This document shows positions 60,768 through 64,000 of a stretch of 64,000 nucleotides of DNA, piece by piece. The notes beneath the pieces were generated by a model. That model ran no database searches. It was not told the origin of the DNA and was given only the letters and a program-made list of their open reading frames with translations. Positions within the stretch are counted from its first letter, which is position 1; every line of letters begins with the position of its first letter. Source of the DNA: a virus. The stretch is from positions 1 through 64,000 of IMG/VR virus record IMGVR_UViG_3300033153_005694; one strand, 5' to 3'. A program made the position numbers and the translations under genes.

Positions 60768-61629
60768 CAAGTTTGTTATCGTTAGGCTTTTTATCCTAAC
60801 TTCTATTAGTTTGTTTTGCTAACCATACTATAAGAGAATGATTATGTTTAGAATTATTACAAGTTGGGCAAGCTATAGTAAAATTATCTATCGTATGTGC
60901 TCCGCCTTTTGATAAAGGTTCTATATGGTCTAATTGATAATTATTTCTACAAGACTTCATACAGTATGAACATAATTTAGGTTGTTCTAATAACCATTGA
61001 GTAGTTTCAGCAAAAGTAGCAGCATTTTCATGCTGTACAGTTTCTCTACGTTTATGTCTAGAAGCTCTTTGCCATGCTTTAACTTTTTCAGGATTATTAG
61101 CTTTCATACGTTTATAGTTAGCTTTTACTCTAGCTTTGCCTTCTGGTGTATTTCGTTGCTTATGTAAAGTTTCGTTTATTCTACGTTTATGTAGTATTCT
61201 ACGTTCTTTTTCTTTACGAGCACGTTGTTCTTTTACACCAGGTTTAGATTCTCTTATAGCTTTAATAGCTTTAATACAATCTTTACATTCATTGCGGTAA
61301 GTATTACTATCTTTTCGATAGTAAAACTCAATTAATTCTTTAGTTTGGTTACATTTAGTACAAGTTTTCATGAATTTATTATATCATGATTACCATTAAA
61401 TATAGCTTAAATTTCTAATAGTTCGGCATATTTTTTTACCTTCAACTTAATGGTCAGGTATCGAGGACTCTTGGAAGTATTATAGTCTACTAAGTAGTAT
61501 CAACTTCTATGCTCTGCGCCTGACTAAGTTTTTACACTTAGCCTTCGGACTCGAGTAGGCATTTCAGTCGTTCTCGCTTAATTCCTCGATAATTATAAGG
61601 TACATTTCTGTACCAAACGGCAATTACTT
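60768..61629 (-). ncRNA. Group I intron carrying an HNH gene
   Basis: Exon ends in U with P1 cggu/gccg; P7-like gcagagcauag / uaugccga; terminal G. Splicing restores the GNHD motif. Confidence 0.85.
60796..61371 (-). mobile_element. Intron-encoded HNH endonuclease
   Basis: KTCTKC..CKDC; CSYC..LDHIEPLSKGGAH..N...CPTCNNSK. Confidence 0.92.
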
Positions 61630-62355
61630 ACCGGCTATGTTGTAGAAGTGTACGATTTCGTGTTTCTCAAGTGCCTTGTTAACTGCGTATATTAGGCCTT
61701 CGTAGGCTGCTCGTAGAATTTTGGGATACCTAGAGTCAACTGATAAAATATTACCAGACTTTGGAGTCATATTCTTGAAGTCGTCGACTTCCATTAAATC
61801 TCCGAGATCTACTACGATACCAACTTTAGAGTTTGGAGAACAGTTAAATAGGTAGTCGTATGCAGATTGCAGAGATTTGGAAGCTTTTTCAACATTCCAA
61901 TCAGCCTCAGATTCTTCGTGCCACATAAGGGCTCCGAAGTGCACATCATTGGAGATGTAAACAGTGGCTAGATCTGAATCTAGCTCTTCCTCAGTAGGAG
62001 AACTGTGTTGAGGAAGAGTAGGGATAGATTTGACCATGTCTGAGATTGTAGAACTGAACGCATCAAGAAATTGTTGTTTGTCGACATCTGTCTTGACCCA
62101 TTGTTGCTTGACTTTGCCATCAGGTCCGTAAAGTGTAGATGATCTCTTGAGAATCTCATCATATGAAACAGAGTTTCCACTATCTAGTGGAAGTACTCCT
62201 TTTCGTCGTAGTGTAGCAATATGTTGCTTGATGCGGCTAGGACTGGTTTGCTGTGAGTCGGGTTTCAGTTTTTTGAGCTGCTTTGAGATTTTCTTGGTAT
62301 TAAAATCACATTCATAACAGATATCAGCGAATACGTCAGATTTAATATATGACAT
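61630..62355 (-). CDS. Metallophosphoesterase exon 1
   Basis: ISNDVHFG and DLGDL motifs; ends YNIAG at the splice site. Confidence 0.85.
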
Positions 62356-62409
62356 TGGTATCCTTTCGCGCTAGATTAGGGGCTTACAGTCGGAAGAAAT
62401 GCCCAAGAA

Positions 62410-62661
62410 CTAGAGGGAATATTCAGGATACTGATCGAAGATTTGCTCAAATTTGATAGCTAAAGATTGGCGAGCATCACTATGGTTTAGGAATATGTCG
62501 ATATAAGTGTTATCCGCCGTAGAAAAATAGTCCTTACCCTAAGAGTAACTAACATATCGGCTAAAAGGTATAAGTGAGACCACCAGATAATGAGTAAGAT
62601 TGTCGAGCGAGTTCAGATGGTTTGAAGATTGAATCGAGGTTGGCTTATAGATGTTTCACAT
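62410..62661 (-). pseudogene. Tagged small gene with two in-frame stops
   Basis: M*NIYKP..SYS*GKDY..FDQYPEYSL*; TAATG coupling to the upstream gene. Confidence 0.55.
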
Positions 62662-62891
62662 TAATCCCAGTCTACAGGGGATAGTTCGGGCTCTTTGTTG
62701 GGTTTCTTCCGAAGTGTGTGAATCTGCTTTAGAAGCTTAGTTTGAAAAGTTAGTAGAAGTTTATATTCGGTAGAGTTTTGGCGATATAAGTCTTGAGTGG
62801 ATTTCGCTATTTTCCAAGCTTCGGCAAGTTGAGACGGGGAAGCATCGAAGTTGAAAGCGGTAATTTGAGATTGAAGTTCGTCAAGCGTCAT
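62661..62891 (-). CDS. Hypothetical protein
   Basis: AAGGA RBS. Confidence 0.6.
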   Translation of the reverse strand: MTLDELQSQITAFNFDASPSQLAEAWKIAKSTQDLYRQNSTEYKLLLTFQTKLLKQIHTLRKKPNKEPELSPVDWD

Positions 62892-63083
62892 ATTGGTCCT
62901 TTGCGGTATGATAGAGGCTTCGGCCTCTGGTTATTTGGTAAGTCTTCTAAATGTTATGGAAACTAATGTAAAGATTAATCAGTAGCTGAATGCTGCTTTC
63001 CAAGTGAATGTAAAGGCAAAAGCCCAACAAATAAGCTAGTATAAACCACTAAATATCCCGAAGGATAATAGTAGTTGCTGTAT

Positions 63084-63773
63084 TTATTGCTTGAATAAGC
63101 TTCCGCTTGATGATGGCTTAGCAGCAGTTTTAGGTGTTGGTTTGCTAGATACTGATTTGTCCGATTTCTTCGCTTCATACCAAGCCTCGATATCTGCAGG
63201 AGTTAAGTCATTTTTGTAAGTTATATTGCTAGCATACTTCTCTTGCTCAAGAGCTAGTCTCTTACCAGCTTCAGTCTCATTGATGATTTCTTCGGCAGAT
63301 GCTCCGGCTTCGTTGAAGAATGATTTGATAACCATTTTCTTAGTGATTTGTCCAGCGTTTTTACCTTGGGCAGGTATGTAGTATTCCTCTTGTAGTCTGA
63401 TCTTGATTGGTATATCAGAGAATTGTTGGATTACAGAGAACTCTTGTAGCTTTTTGTCTTTGCCAACTGCGTGCTCTTCAGGTTCGATCTCGAAGTCGTC
63501 GCCATCTGTCATACCTGCTACAATAGCAAGTTTGTTGATAAGCTTAGCACCGATCTCGTTAGTGTTGCCGTCCGTGTTAGTTACGTATGGTCCATAGATT
63601 GTTTGGTCATTACCGTTATAATCTAGGTTGAAGTTAACAGACTCTGCGCCTTTTGCTGATACATCTACTGATGCGAACTTGATAGTTACGTCATAGATAC
63701 CAGATTTGCTGATGTAAGAACCTCCGTTAGATTCTTTGATAGCCTCTGGGTTTGATGTTACTTTAAATTTCAT
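63084..63773 (-). CDS. Putative single-stranded DNA-binding protein
   Basis: YISKSGIYDV.I OB-fold-like N-terminus, flexible tail ending near Phe, replication context. Confidence 0.5.
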   Translation of the reverse strand: MKFKVTSNPEAIKESNGGSYISKSGIYDVTIKFASVDVSAKGAESVNFNLDYNGNDQTIYGPYVTNTDGNTNEIGAKLINKLAIVAGMTDGDDFEIEPEEHAVGKDKKLQEFSVIQQFSDIPIKIRLQEEYYIPAQGKNAGQITKKMVIKSFFNEAGASAEEIINETEAGKRLALEQEKYASNITYKNDLTPADIEAWYEAKKSDKSVSSKPTPKTAAKPSSSGSLFKQ

Positions 63774-63844
63774 ATTGTGTCCTTGTTATTTGGTTTAAAT
63801 TGTAGTTTAGGCTCTGTCTCGGAGATATTGTTTAAGGTTATTGG

Positions 63845-63946
63845 TTAAATTTCTACAAATTGTGGGCGTTTGCCATCTTTAGATGCTGAATGATTACCGA
63901 ATATTTCTAAAGATTTTTTAATTTTACATTTTGTACATTTTTTCAT
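63845..63946 (-). pseudogene. Truncated HNH endonuclease remnant
   Basis: MKKCTKCKIKKSLEIF..SKDGKRPQ*, resembling the 61371 HNH start; own promoter-like sequence upstream. Confidence 0.6.
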
Positions 63947-64000
63947 ACTTTATTATATCAAAATAGTCTTTAAAATAAGACTAAAAGACTATCATGGTCG

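Noticed and set aside
53991-62661. Stop-codon reassignment (TAG or TGA read as sense) to explain in-frame stops
   Set aside because: Long genes are unbroken under code 11, and the shared C-terminal tag ends equally at TAA, TAG and TGA, so all three act as stops.
62913-62928. agaggc-ttcg-gcctct hairpin as an N4 vRNAP hairpin promoter
   Set aside because: It has a four-base loop rather than the C-GNA-G triloop and occurs once. It may be a stability or terminator hairpin.
1-64000. CRISPR array, DGR/retron or integrase
   Set aside because: No regularly spaced repeats, reverse transcriptase motifs or recombinase motifs were seen. Fibre repeats do not show adenine-specific variation.

Overview
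The window is a segment of an AT-rich, N4-like (Schitoviridae-type) phage genome. ThyX and response-regulator style, plus a recurring TTAAG-N11-TATAAT promoter, suggest a Campylobacterota host (inference). The + strand (1-43079) carries terminase, tail fibres, a lysis cassette, portal, scaffold, major capsid, virion proteins and a virion RNA polymerase split into two giant ORFs. The - strand (43068-64000) carries nucleotide metabolism and replication genes: MazG-like, split thyX, PhoH, ClpP-like, nrdG/nrdD, RusA-like, HU, split family A DNA polymerase, UvrD helicase, a metallophosphoesterase with a group I intron, and an SSB-like gene. Eight homing endonuclease genes and one remnant are present. 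The most unusual signals are five. (1) About 12 otherwise unrelated small ORFs or pseudogenes all end in a C-terminal [YHWF]PE[YLMF][FL][IL] tag encoded with varying synonymous codons. (2) The two vRNAP halves each contain a single cysteine, placed exactly at the junction (..EECV* / MSC..). (3) Intron-less endonuclease cassettes split genes or leave duplicated N-terminal remnants. (4) A stand-alone receiver-domain gene sits inside the lysis cassette. (5) A structured GC-rich leader precedes the HU gene. All family assignments come from motifs read by eye, with no database searches.
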